A DNA stretch of 64,000 nt from Eledone cirrhosa (Eukaryota). The DNA lies in assembly GCA_964016885.1 (NCBI GenBank), contig OZ024758.1, positions 33,418,001-33,482,000 on the forward strand, in the 5' to 3' direction. Positions 40,361 through 53,076 of this stretch are shown here, piece by piece; within the stretch, counting starts at the first letter, position 1, and each line of letters starts with the position of its first letter. The notes under the pieces were generated by a model that worked only from the letters and a program-made list of their open reading frames with translations, was not told the origin of the DNA and did not search any database. The translations under genes and the position numbers were made by a program.

Positions 40361-40981
40361 TTACCCACATATTTCACATGAATAAAGGCTTTCTCCTGTG
40401 TGTATTCTTTTGTGCTGTACAAGAATAGAATTACTAGAAAAATATTTCCCACATATTTCACAATGGAAGGGTTTTTCTCCTGTGTGTATCCTTTTGTGAC
40501 GTACAATACTAGAACGTTTAGAAAAAGATTTCCCACATATTTCACATGGAAAAGGTTTTTCTCCTGTGTGTATTCTTATGTGATCTAAGAGACTAGAACC
40601 TCGAGAAAAAGATTTCCCACATATTTCACATGAATAAGGTTTTTCTCCAGCGTGTGATGTTCTATGTGTTTTCAAGTCACTGCTACGAACAAAAGATTTC
40701 TCACATATTTCACATGAATAAGGTTTTTCTCCTGTGTGTATTCTTTTGTGAACTACAAGATTAGAATTACAAGAAAAGGATTTCCCACATATTTCACATG
40801 AGTAAGGTTTTTCTCCTGTGTGTGTTCTTATATGCCTTTTTAAATCACTGTTCAAGACAAAAGACTTCCCACATATTTCACAGTGGAAGGGTTTTTCTCC
40901 AGTGTGTATTTTCAAATGTGAGGTTAGTTTCAGTTTTGAAGAGAAAGTTTTCCTACAAATCTCACAGCTATATTCAGACAT
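40361..40981 (-). CDS. C2H2 zinc-finger protein, 7 complete Kruppel-type fingers
   Basis: CEICxKxF..L..H..H with TGEKP linkers; ATG start; the stop falls inside an 8th finger. Confidence 0.85.
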   Translation of the reverse strand: MSEYSCEICRKTFSSKLKLTSHLKIHTGEKPFHCEICGKSFVLNSDLKRHIRTHTGEKPYSCEICGKSFSCNSNLVVHKRIHTGEKPYSCEICEKSFVRSSDLKTHRTSHAGEKPYSCEICGKSFSRGSSLLDHIRIHTGEKPFPCEICGKSFSKRSSIVRHKRIHTGEKPFHCEICGKYFSSNSILVQHKRIHTGESLYSCEICG

Positions 40982-41554
40982 ATTTCTAGCTAGAGATCTT
41001 TACATAAAGGAGTCTCACCACTTCTACTGATACATTAAGAAATGTAGATATCATTAATATAATGCCATGTAGTCTAATATACAGAGTATCCATAAAAGAC
41101 TGCAGAACTCGGCTTTCTTCTTCTACAAAGTTGTTATGTAGCATTTAGTTGGTACAAGTAATGAGACATATGACAGCGTAAGACTGATCTTGGATGAAGA
41201 AAAGGCAAGTGCTTATATATATGTGATTATTGTGGAATATACCACTATTATTTTTGTTAAAGTGAGAGAAGCTCTATTCACAATAAAATCCTCAGCTCAT
41301 AAAACAGACTTCTATAGTTAAGGTTCTTGTTATTGAGGAGAGTTCAGGTGACAAGAGAATTAATATCCATAATTTCAAAAGATGAAGGTTAATATATATA
41401 TACAGTGTGTACGTATGAGAGAGAGGAATAAATAGATGTGTGTGGTGTGTGTGTCGAAATATGTGTGTAGGTGTTGTAATAAATCAAGATATTTCACTTC
41501 AGATAGAAAAGTTCATAATTTTTGTGTTGTGATGGAAAAGGAAATAATACGTAC

Positions 41555-41643
41555 TTTAGTTTTCAAGACCAAATATAAAGTCAAGAAATGTTAGTAAAAA
41601 CTAAATGTTCACTGATTTCTGATTAAAATAATATTTTCCTGTC
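41555..41643 (-). other. Putative non-coding 5' exon of the ZNF gene
   Basis: ttttacag|gacagg...ctaaa|gtacgt; both splice signals are conserved in the paralogous block 59996-60078. Confidence 0.5.
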
Positions 41644-42114
41644 CTGTAAAATGTTGAACAACCACTTCAATATTTAATAATACAGGTGATAAAACAACAA
41701 CTATAAGGTAAATAAGTCACCTTATGTTATTTACAAACATTAACGTCCACCTTAATATGAAATAATCACCATAAAAGATAAAATTAGATGAGATTTAAGT
41801 TGTAACAATGGAGCTGATATAAATGGTAATATTTCACCGTCTAGTTGACACCGGTGACATGACTTAAAGGTCCCCTACATAATTTAATACATTCAGAAAC
41901 AGTGTGTTGTGTGTATATTGATATTATACACAAGTATATATATACATGTAGATATGATACATCAAATAAAATCGTAATTGACAATATATAATACACAGAA
42001 ATTGAACGAAGACTGTGTTACACTGTCTTATGTAATCAGTAACGTAATCCATGATACATTAAAAAAGACGATATTATATATAAACTACATTAGGAGAAAA
42101 TTAGTATGTTTATT

Positions 42115-42140
42115 GAAGCGATGGCCAACCGGAAGTGTTG
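42115..42140. promoter_or_regulatory. Candidate ZNF promoter (ETS motif CCGGAAGTG next to YY1-like GCGATGGCC)
   Basis: Motif at 42129-42137 upstream of the minus-strand ZNF; another CCGGAAGT at 59484 lies upstream of the paralogous exon. Confidence 0.35.
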
Positions 42141-42496
42141 ACATTTCCGAAATTTTAAAGAAGTGAATCTTTAAAAAAACAAAATATATTTAATCAAAAG
42201 CCACGAAATTTAGTAGATAAATTATGTAATATTCATTCATTATTCATTCAAAGTAATCCAACTTATTTTACTAATGGGATAACAAATTATAAACCGTACA
42301 CAATCCCGCACTCCTCCTTTTATTATAGTTTATATTCATACGTTCAATAGATATTCTAGTACTTTATTCAGATTTGAATAAATAACATTATTAATTTCAT
42401 ATAACTGTTGATGTTAAACCAAAACACATTATTAAAGGTAATAAAATATTTAAGTAATGAAAAAAAAACAAAACAAATCAAACAACGAAAATAATT

Positions 42497-42662
42497 GGCA
42501 CAAGGCAAGCAAATACCCAGTGTATTACTGGTACTTTATTTTATCGACCTCGTAAGGATGAAAGGCAAAGTTAACCCTGGCGGGATTTTAACTCAGATCA
42601 TAAAGGGAGGTAACTCTATGCTACAACGCATGGCGTCCAACGCTCTACTGTACTGCCAATCC
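42497..42662 (-). mobile_element. tRNA-derived SINE
   Basis: Same consensus; absent from the paralogous segment 36690-37040. Confidence 0.85.
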
Positions 42663-43407
42663 AACGAAAATAATGGGAGAGGGACAGACTTTATATTTCA
42701 GTCTGAGCTGTGATTCAGCCCCACCCTATAGACAAAATGGCAAAGGTGTTACCACAGAGAGTAGCCAGAGACACCCACTACAGCATACACCCCCACCTCA
42801 TGGGACTACTTCCGCAAGTGGGCTGCTGTCTTTCTAATTTTGAGGAGGAAATCAGCAGTGTGGGGACAAAGAGGAAGTAGTTAGTCAGGCCCCGGTATTT
42901 AACTATCTTCCTCTTCCCTCTATTGCAGGTAGTAAAGCCTGGGATTGTGGCCACAGAGAAAATGTTGGAGGCAGAGAATGATCCAACCCATGCTAAACCT
43001 CCAACTAAAGCTGATACTTGTCTTTTTCAGCTGTCGAGATTAGAGACATATGGAATGATATGTCTTGCTTAAGGACACAATGTACCTCCCTAACTGATAT
43101 TACCATATGTTGTATGACTTTACTATATAATATATGTGTTTGTATACATATATATAGTATATATTTGTGTATACATTGTCTCATTCCATGAGAGTAACTT
43201 GGTCAGCCTATGAACTCCTCATCTGACCCTTCTATATGTATATACATGTTTGTCAGTGTCTGTGTAGATATGTATATAGAATATTGTCACAACTACTATA
43301 TACACCACATATACACTATATATAATATTGTCCAATATATATAGACTATATGTCATGTTGTCCAAGGGAAAGGCTGATATAGATCAGCACCAGTGACAGT
43401 TGGATAA

Positions 43408-43830
43408 AAAAAAGTTGGATTTTCCTTGCTCGCGGTATGAAGAAGAGACTGACTAATACATAGTTACAATTTCAAGGAAATCGGTCTGACGTAACGCCTC
43501 AAAGAACCCCTAAAAAACTTAAAAAAACGCAGTTTTTCACCTAATGCGAGCCCTAGAGGATCAAAAAGTAATACACATGTAAAGTTTGAAAAAAATCGGT
43601 TGGGTACTTCTCGAGTTTTAGGGATTCAAACTCACAGACACAGACACACACACACACAGACAGACCGACAGACAGACAGACATCCTCAGGGAAGTGACGT
43701 AATGCAGACAGCCAGACATACAGACAGATATTATAAGGGCGCGGCGTATGTATCTATCTAAAAAGATAAAGACTAAGAATTATAGAGAGAGATCGCTAAA
43801 TCGCCTAATGTGGTCCCTAGGGCATAGAAA
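43408..43830 (-). mobile_element. Non-autonomous Helitron fragment
   Basis: Reverse complement of parts of 50490-50900 and 51690-51955. Confidence 0.8.
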
Positions 43831-44268
43831 ATTTACAATAAAATATATCTCAAACTAACTATTTTACATAGTAATATATATTCATCGGTCTGTTAATTTT
43901 TCTATTCTCTCTATTCTTCATATCCGTATATTAATTTTCTCTTCTCCACATCCATATATTCTTGATTAATTTCTATCCTCTCTACTCCCTCATCCCTCTT
44001 CATTTTCCTCTATTTCTTTCTCATCTTCCTCACGTATCCTTCCTCGTAGCCTACAATATATTCCCCCTTCTCTCCTTCTCTACACATATCTTTATTATTA
44101 TTAATATCAAATCTATTTTAATACGATAGGTTGATTTCGTAAAGTTGCCGGTTATACTTTTAACTATATCTTAGCTCCTTCTTTCTCTCTCATGTCCACA
44201 TGTCTCCCTTCCTCTATTTATCATTAACAATAGTATTGATGGAGCAGTTTGAATTTTTTAAGTTTACC

Positions 44269-44575
44269 GTTACGCATATATTTTATATTTATTAAGAGTT
44301 TCTGATGAAATGGTTTGATTTAAATGTATTGTATGTTGATTTATACTTCTCCAGTATTAGCAATTTATAGACAATTCCACCATGGAAACAATTGTAAGAC
44401 TATAATTAAATACCCTTGATTGTTTTGTCAGCCATGTTATTCTTAACTTTTCTATTACTCCAAGATATATTTACATAGGAATACAAAGCACAATTGTCCC
44501 CAAAGTAAACATATTGTTGAGTCCCATACTAGCGTGTGCTTAAACTGTCCATGAGACGTTTTCGTAGACTCTTAT
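44269..44575 (+). mobile_element. Family C hammerhead-bearing repeat, copy 2
   Basis: Near-identical to 28144-28451. Confidence 0.75.
44297..44401 (+). ncRNA. Type I hammerhead ribozyme with long stem II, family C
   Basis: agttt CTGATGA a atgg...ccat g GAA acaattgt a^agact. Confidence 0.72.
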
Positions 44576-44587
44576 CGGATTACCTTT

Positions 44588-44645
<58 letters not shown>

Positions 44646-44768
44646 GGAGGTGAGTTTTATTGTAGTACAATAAAGCAATGCAGATATCGGATAAGAAGCA
44701 CTCTACAGTTTGTGGGACTGGAGTATGCATAATATAAGATCAAAAGATGGTTAAAGGAGTTCCATATA

Positions 44769-44835
44769 TTTTATTATGCGCATTTCAAAAACAAACATCA
44801 TCAAACAATAATATTTGTGTTTTCATCAGATAAAA
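44769..44835 (-). ncRNA. Type I hammerhead ribozyme, family B
   Basis: Minus strand: ttttat CTGATGA aaac acaaatattatt-gttt-gatgatgtttgt tttt GAA atgcgcat a^ataaaa. Confidence 0.82.
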
Positions 44836-44965
44836 CAGGAGAACATGATATGAAGGCTAAAAAACACTTGTTGATAGTGCAGTTTTGATATATATATAGT
44901 GCATATGTTGATTTAAAACTGCACTATCAACAAGTGTTTTTTAGCCTTCATATCATGTTCTCCTG

Positions 44966-45032
44966 TTTTATCTGATGAAAACACAAATATTATTGTTTGA
45001 TGATGTTTGTTTTCGAAATGCGCATAATAAAA
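44966..45032 (+). ncRNA. Type I hammerhead ribozyme, family B
   Basis: ttttat CTGATGA ... GAA atgcgcat a^ataaaa; perfectly palindromic stem III. Confidence 0.82.
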
Positions 45033-45064
45033 TATATGGAACTCCTTTAACCATCTTTTGATCT

Positions 45065-45106
<42 letters not shown>

Positions 45107-45110
<4 letters not shown>

Positions 45111-46900
45111 GAAGATCAAAAGATGGTTAAAAGAGTTCCATGTATTTTATTATGAGCATTTCAAAAACAAATATCATCATGCGATGACATTTGCGTTTTC
45201 GTCAGATAAAATAGGGAGACATGATATGAAGGTTAAAAAACACTTGTGAATAGTGAAGTTTTAAATCAACATATGAAAAGTAATTTAAGATTGATGTGTG
45301 ATATTTGGAAAAAAAATGAGGGGAGGGGACGATGAAAAAGAGGAGGAGATGAGAGTTAAGAATGGTGAGGGAGGAGTATAATAAGGAAGGATGAGATAGG
45401 AGAGATGAGTGATAGAAAGAGAGAGATAGCGTTTATAACTGAGAAAAATATATTGTTTCACAGAGAGAGGTTTAAAAGCCGTTGGAAGATAATATATAAA
45501 TTAAAAGAATTTGAAAATTAACGAAGAGAAAAATTTAAGAATAATGTTAAATTAAGGTTTGTATATTGAAGGGTTTAATATGTGCGATGAAAAGAAATTT
45601 TTAATATGTATTAAGAATAATTGTTTCTACTTTAGGCACAAGGCCAGCAATAACCCAGTGCATTACTGGTACTTTATTTTATATGTATTAAGAATAATAT
45701 TAAATTAAGGTTTGAATATTGAAGGGTTTAATAATATGTGCGATGGAAAGAAATTGTTGATATGTATTATTAAAATTAAAATATTAATGTTATTAAGGAT
45801 ATAATGTGAAAAGAAGTAGAAGAGTGGATGAATTATGAATTTAGAGGAATTAGTTAGTGTTTAAGTTTGTTTTTATGTAATGTAATATGTATGCGTAATA
45901 TATGTAAATAGTTTATTTACAAATGAGCGCAGAAAGCAAAGAAGAAAATAGTGTTTAAGGAAGAGAAGACTCTAACAACAAAATATATATGTTTATGAAG
46001 TATTTCCTAATGGTAATAATATAATGTAATAAAGGAGATTAGTTAGGGTTTAAGTTTGTTTTTATGTATTGTGATATGTAATATGTAAAAGTTAGACGAG
46101 CATACAAGGGAGAAAAAAATATAATGAATTGAGGAGGAATAAACAACGTCAAAAAATGTTTATGTTTACGAAGGATTTTTAAAGGTAATACTATAAAGTA
46201 TTTAAAAGGTAATAATAAGTTTTATGGCCAATGATATGAAGGAAGAAGGAAGAGTGGATATATTGTGGTGAGTAAGAATTGAGAAGTATCTAGGAAGAAA
46301 AAGTACAGATTAAGGTTAGAAATTAAAAGAAAAGAGGAAGAAAAGGAATTGATAAATAGGAAAGATATAGAATGAGTAACTAGTGTTATATAATGTATAA
46401 TGAATATCATTGAAATAAGGTAGAAAGATGGGTATATTTTTAAAGAAATATATATATATGCCTTTGAGAAAAAGGATTTTAAACTGGTAAAGTATTAGAT
46501 ATTAGCTGTATACTTTATGGAATGTTCTGTGGAATTTATGCAAGCAGAGAGAAAATAAGTCAGTGCGTCTATTTATTATAGAATCTAAATTAGATATAAT
46601 GGTAAATTTCTCACATAAACAGAGATTATATATTTTGGATAGAGAGGCATTCAAGTAGGGAGAGGCAGAACAAACTTTCCTCCAAGAGATGTTATAGTTA
46701 ATATTTTTGTCTTTCGAGGACCATATGAGTTGTGAGAGTGCTGTGTTGGTTCTTTTAAGTTGGTATTTAAAAGAAGAATGATGATTATAAAGACGGGCTT
46801 TAAAGGAGGTGGAAGTGGATCCAAAATAGATAAAGGAATTGGTGTCAGTTATAACTTTACATTCATAGATTAAGTTTTTTTCAAGACAATGGTTGTTGAT
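45107..46900 (-). mobile_element. 5'-truncated Penelope-like element (family B; GIY-YIG with C-terminal LCxxEK..N.R..CxH motif)
   Basis: ORF 46502-46915 NLIYECKV..IYFGSTSTSFKARLYNH..TALSQLIW..NLCLCEK..INRRTDLFSLCLH, then about 1.3 kb of 3' region ending in the family B hammerhead. Confidence 0.82.
45145..45211 (-). ncRNA. Type I hammerhead ribozyme, family B
   Basis: Minus strand: ttttat CTGACGA aaac gcaaatgtcatc-gcat-gatgatatttgt tttt GAA atgctcat a^ataaaa. Confidence 0.8.
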
Positions 46901-46910
46901 ATATATATAT

Positions 46911-47651
<741 letters not shown>

Positions 47652-48450
47652 GCGAAGGAAAAGTGGTAAGGAACCAGGTGGACCATAACGCACCAAAGTA
47701 CTCAATACTTAGGGTAGTAGAGTGGGTAATAGGAGTAAGTAAGACCCCGACGGCTGAGTAGGAGGAAACATTACAAATGCAGTTTTCGACGGACCAACTC
47801 CTTAACAAGAAAGATGAACTGGTTACTGCATGTAAACACCGATTACGTAGGACTTACCTCGCCCTCAAACCCCATAATGACCCGGGGGGGGGGGGTAGCC
47901 TATAACACCCCACTTGCCTATTTTGTAATGGGTAACCCCTGCTTGCCTATGGAGACGTAAGATCTTCTTTTACACTTTTTTTTATCGATCCAGTATCTCT
48001 TTCTTCTTTTTCCCTTTTTCCCTTTTCTCCCTTTTTCCTGTATTAATTTTCCGTTCTTTATTTTTAATTCGTACGACTTTGCATGTAGCTTGTATAAGAC
48101 ATTTTGTTTCGTGGCGGTACCCTTAGAGTTAGCACCAGTATTTTTTTGCGGGACCCTGAATTATATTCTCGTACTAGTCTACTTTCTTGCACTGGGTGGT
48201 TGCTGGCCCGGTGTTTGGGGTAGAAACCGTTATTTATTTATTTTTTTCGTGGTGGTCTCTGTAGTATTCCGACCCCCCCCCCCCCCCCTCTGTTGACCCG
48301 TCACCGTACGATACACGCACTTATACCCCGCATAAGGGTCCCTTTATCTCCGTCACACCTAGGTTTTTTTCTATCATTATCATTTGTTTTCTTATTCTTT
48401 TTATTCTACATTATATATATATATATATATAATGTAGAATATATATATAT

Positions 48451-48585
48451 AGTTACGTCCCTTTATGATCTGAGTTCAAATCCCGCCGAGGTTGACTTTG
48501 CCTTTCATCCTTACAGGGTCGATAAAATAAAGTACCAGTAATGCACTGGGTAATTGCTGGCCTTTTGCCTAAAGTAGAAACAATT
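48451..48585 (+). mobile_element. 5'-truncated tRNA-derived SINE
   Basis: gagttcaaatcccgccgaggttgactttgcctttcatcc...agaaacaatt. Confidence 0.88.
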
Positions 48586-48659
48586 ATATATATATATATA
48601 TATATTTTTTAAATCTATCTATCCATCCTTTTACTCACTTATTTGTTTATTTACTCATT

Positions 48660-48998
48660 TATGTATTTCTTGTGGAATATTATTTACGTATTTCTTATTT
48701 ACTTATGTGGAATATTATTTACGTATTTCTTATTTACTTATGTGGAATATTACTTATGTATTTCTTATTTACTTATGTGGAATATTATTTACGTATTTCT
48801 TATTTACTTATGTGGAATATTACTTATGTATTTCTTATTTACTTATGTGGAATATTATTCATGTATTTCTTATTTAATTATGTCGAATATTCTTTATGTA
48901 TTTCTTATTGACTTACGTGGAATATTATTTTTGTATTTCTTATTTACTTATGTCGAATATTATTTATGTATTTCTTATTTACTGATTTATGTATTTCT
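48660..48998. repeat. 35-bp minisatellite (about 9 copies)
   Basis: tgtggaatattatttacgtatttcttatttactta. Confidence 0.92.
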
Positions 48999-49327
48999 TC
49001 AGCCTAGCAATAGCGAGAGAATTAAGTCTTAGTAACCAGATTCTGCTTATATTTCTTTTCTCTCTCAGTACCTTTTACAGTTTTACATTTTCATCGTTCT
49101 ACTTACCGTTTTGACCCCCCCCCTCCTCCTCCCCGGCGTCCTCTTTGACCTCACACCCAGCTGTAGCTGGCACCACCAACGCATGAATGGGTCTACTCCG
49201 CCCCCTCTCCCCTTTTCTCCTACTGGCAGGTTTGGCTACCTCCCCCACCAACTTGCCATCGCAGAATTACTACTACCTTGTGGGATGACCAATCCTGGTG
49301 ATTATCTCTTTGACCATATATGGAATT

Positions 49328-49440
49328 GCCCCTTGACAAGTTCGGCTATTTAAATACCAGAACTGATTTTTCATTCAGTACAGAATTAGCCGTCGAAACA
49401 GAATTAGCCGTCGAAACGGCTTGAGCTCAGCCGTCGGGGT
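49328..49440 (+). ncRNA. Degenerate type I hammerhead, family E
   Basis: gcccc TTGACAA g..cggcta..tagccg tc GAA acggct-tgagctc-agccgt c^ggggt; two core substitutions and an 18-bp duplication. Confidence 0.6.
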
Positions 49441-49474
49441 CTTACTTACTCCTATATATATATATATATATATA

Positions 49475-50306
49475 TTCATTTGATTTATTGATTTATTGAT
49501 TTTTTTATCTGAGTGTCCCGAATCTTCCAGATCGCAATTTTTCGGTCGTATGGTTGATTATAGACTTGTTCTATGTGTGACGGTATTTTAACGATATTTA
49601 TAGCTCTGATTTATCTAAATTATTGAGCCCTCTGCCGCTCATATCGAATTTTGTTTATCGTGAACTCGTGCGCCGATTTTCCGATATTCGATTATTCTAC
49701 TATATTTAGCTCTAGACCTAGCTATTGACCAGTTAATTTTATTGTTCATTTTTTGTCGATTCTATTGAATGATGAATAGCTCCTGTTTATTTTAACATGT
49801 CTATTGAGCACTCTTATTCGATATGTGTATTTCCACATTTTCCCGAATATTTTTCGCGGATATAGAGGTTATCTCCCTTGCTGAATTCCATGTGCATATT
49901 TAACCTGGGTTATGCCTTTTCATTCGTTTGGACAAAGCTCGTTGAGGAAGTAAATTCCCGTCCGCTGGTATCTAGAAGTCTTATATATTTTTATGTGAGC
50001 TGATAGAGGACAGTTTAAGGATTTACAGAAACCCAAGAAGCTAGATTTACCATCTTTCTAGCTGGTCCGGGTATGCTTTTTACATTCATTTGATTTATTG
50101 ATTTATTGATTTTTTATCTGAGTGTCCCGAATCTTCCAGATCGCAATTTTTCGGTCGTATGGTTGATTATAGACTTGTTCTATGTGTGACGGTATTTTAA
50201 CGATAGTTATAGCTCTGATTTATCTAAATTATTGAGCCCTCTGCCGCTCATATCGAATTTTGTTTATCGTGAACTCGTGCGCCGATTTTCCGATACTCGA
50301 TTATTC

Positions 50307-50312
<6 letters not shown>
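49475..50312. repeat. Partial tandem repeat: about 610-bp unit with about 230-bp terminal direct repeat
   Basis: 49475-49705 repeated at 50085-50312; flanked by (TA)n on both sides. Confidence 0.85.
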
Positions 50313-50335
<23 letters not shown>

Positions 50336-50343
<8 letters not shown>

Positions 50344-51236
50344 TGAGGATGTCTGTCTGTGTATGTGAGTTTGAATCCCTAAAACTCGAGAACCACCCAA
50401 CCGACTGTTTTCAAACTTTACACATGTAATACTTATGTTTGAGGGAGTGTTCTGAGCAAAACAAATTTCAAATTTTCAATGCTCGAGCGACCGCATTAGG
50501 CGATTTAGCGATCTCTCTCTATAATTCTTAGTCTTTCTCTTTTTAGATAGATACATACATATAACGTCGCGCCGTTATAATATCTGTCTGTATGTCTGGC
50601 TGTCTGCATTACGTCACTTCGCTGAAGATTTCTCTGTGTGTGTGTCTGTGAGTTTGAATCCCTAAAACTCGAGAAGTACCCAACCGATTTTTTTAAAAAC
50701 CTTACATGTTTATTACTTATGTTTCAGGGAGTCTTATGCACATTTTTTTATCTCCTAGGTCTCGCATTAGGTGAAAAGACTGCGTTTTTTAAGCTTTTTA
50801 GGTTTTTTTTGTAGCATTACGTCAGACCGATTTCCCTGAAATTGTAACTATGTATTAGTCAGTCTCTTCTTCATACGGCGAGCAAAGAAAATCCAACTTT
50901 TTTATGGCCTAGGGCCCGCATTAAGTGAAAAACTTCAATTTTTCAGCTTCTTAGGGCTTCTTGGAGGTGTTACGTCTAGCCGATTTTCCCGAAATTTCAA
51001 GGCATATTATGCATATAAAAAAATTCATTTTCTTGATCGGCAAGGGCCCGCATTAGGTGAAAACCTGCATTTTTCCTGCTTCATCGAGGAAAATCTTAAA
51101 GATTATCCAGCCATCAGAGTATTCGGTTTATTTTCTTTACATATTGTCCAGGCATGCAGTTTTTCCACGATTAGGTCTGTCGGCGGCCCGCGTTCCAAAA
51201 TACATTATCCCGTGCAACGCCGGGTATCACTGCTAG
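50336..51236 (+). mobile_element. Non-autonomous Helitron
   Basis: 3' hairpin cccg-tgcaacgc-cggg followed by the CTAG|T terminus; internal duplications. Confidence 0.85.
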
Positions 51237-51659
51237 TATATAATAAATGTGAAGACTAAAATCCGACTAAAATACGGCCACTCATACAAATACGTACATA
51301 ATATACACTCATAGATATACAGTATAAAGATGAAGTACGCTCCACATGCGAAAAATTATTGTATATTCATTTGTGTATATGTATATCTATATGTGAGTAT
51401 GTATAATTCCGTGTGTATAAATATGTGTATGTGTGTGTACATATGTGTATATTTATATATGTGTTCTTATATAGATGTGTGCACATCTGGATATATTTTC
51501 AGTGTCTGCTCTAGCTCTCAGAGTAAAATCCCACTGAGGTGAAGTTGCTTCTATATTTTGAGGTCCATAAATGAAATATTGATTCTGCCTGTTTGTCATT
51601 GTGTGTCTACTCTTCTTTCTCTCTCTATATATATGTGTATATATATATATATATGCCTG

Positions 51660-52221
51660 CAATATCTGTATGTATATCTGACTGTCTGCATTACATCACT
51701 TCCCTGAGGATGTCTGTGTGTGTGTGTCTATGAGTTCGAATCCCTAAAACTCGAAAAGTACCCAACCAATCTTTTTCAAACTTTACATGTGTATTACTTT
51801 TTGATCCCCTAGGGCCCTCATTAGGTGAAAAACTGCGTTTTTTCAGGTTTTTAGGGGTTTTTTGAGGCTTTATGTCAGACCGATTTCCTTGAAATTGTAA
51901 CTATGTGTTAGTCAGTCTCTTCTTCATACCGTGAGCAAAGAAAATCCAACTTTTTTATGGTCTAGGGTGAAAAATTTCATTTTTTCAGCTTTATATTATG
52001 CATATAAAAAAAATTCATTTTCTTGATCCCTAGGGCATTAGGTGAAAACCTGCATTTTTTCTGCTTCATCGAGGAAAATCTTAAAGATTATACAGCCATC
52101 AGAGATTTTGGTTTATTTTCTTTACATATTGTCCAGGCATGCAGTTTTTCCACGATTAAGTCTGTTGGCGGCCCGCGTTCCAAAATACCTTATCCCGTGC
52201 AATGCCGGGTACCACTGCTAG
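51660..52221 (+). mobile_element. Non-autonomous Helitron, second copy
   Basis: cccgtgcaatgccgggtaccactgCTAG|T terminus. Confidence 0.85.
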
Positions 52222-52884
52222 TATATATATATATATATATACCCGACAACCACTTCACCACCTATTGATCAGGTGAGCATGCCGGTCAGATTTTTATCCT
52301 CACCAGAATATGAGATAGTGACATTTGTAAACACACAATCCCCACCCCCTGGGGAAGAATGCACCTCCCAACATAACCCAGTAGTTAGTGACTTCATAGA
52401 CTTAGATGAACTTGAAGACTGAGGGCAACCTGGAGGAGAAGGATATGAAAGTTCTAAATTTAGAGATATTTTGTTTGATCTTTACAACAGTAAGGAAGAA
52501 CAAATAGAAACATACAATATAGGGGAACAGTGGGAGTTCCTGAGAGAAACTTTGCTGAAGGTGTCAAACTAGATCTGTGGCTGGAGCAGGGCTTCAGAGA
52601 GAAGGAGAGTAACTTGGTGGTGAAACACTAGGGTAGAGACAGGCATGGAATAATGGCAGAATGGGGGAAGCTGGAGGGTACACTACCAGGAAGCTAGGAA
52701 GAAGTATTCTTTGTAAGGAGGGAAGCAGAGAATATATAATTTCAGCTGGTTTTATGATGTGAGGACGAAATACATGAGATGTTCAGGATTGTGAGGCAGT
52801 GTGTGAGGGAAAATTGTGATGTTGGGGTAAAGTGTGTCTAGGATGATAATGGGGCACTTGCCCCCACTGATGCTGAATAGCGTC

Positions 52885-53076
52885 AGCTGAAAAGTTCATA
52901 GGCAGACCAAGATACTCTCATGGAATGACCAAAGGAGGTTTATTTTTCAACATAGTCCATGGAAGGAAACAATGCAGTTATAAATAAGAAGAGTTGAAAT
53001 TAGTGCTGGCAAGATTTCACAGCTCTAGCATCATGCTATCATTGATAGTCTATGAACTTTTCAGCCAACCTTTGTA
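52885..53076. mobile_element. Mariner-like MITE
   Basis: Inverted repeats gctgaaaagttcatag / ctatgaacttttcagc interrupt the RTE relic. Confidence 0.6.

Larger units (their letters stand above)
47652..49455 (+). mobile_element. Penelope-like 3' fragment with inverted terminal piece and nested insertions
   Basis: 47795-47880 encodes LLNKKDELVTACKHRLRRTY, homologous to the 46502 ORF end; 47728-47758 is the reverse complement of 49426-49455; degenerate hammerhead at 49328-49440. Confidence 0.65.

Noticed and set aside
48660-48998. 35-bp repeats of CRISPR-like length
   Set aside because: Contiguous units without spacers, no cas genes, eukaryotic context
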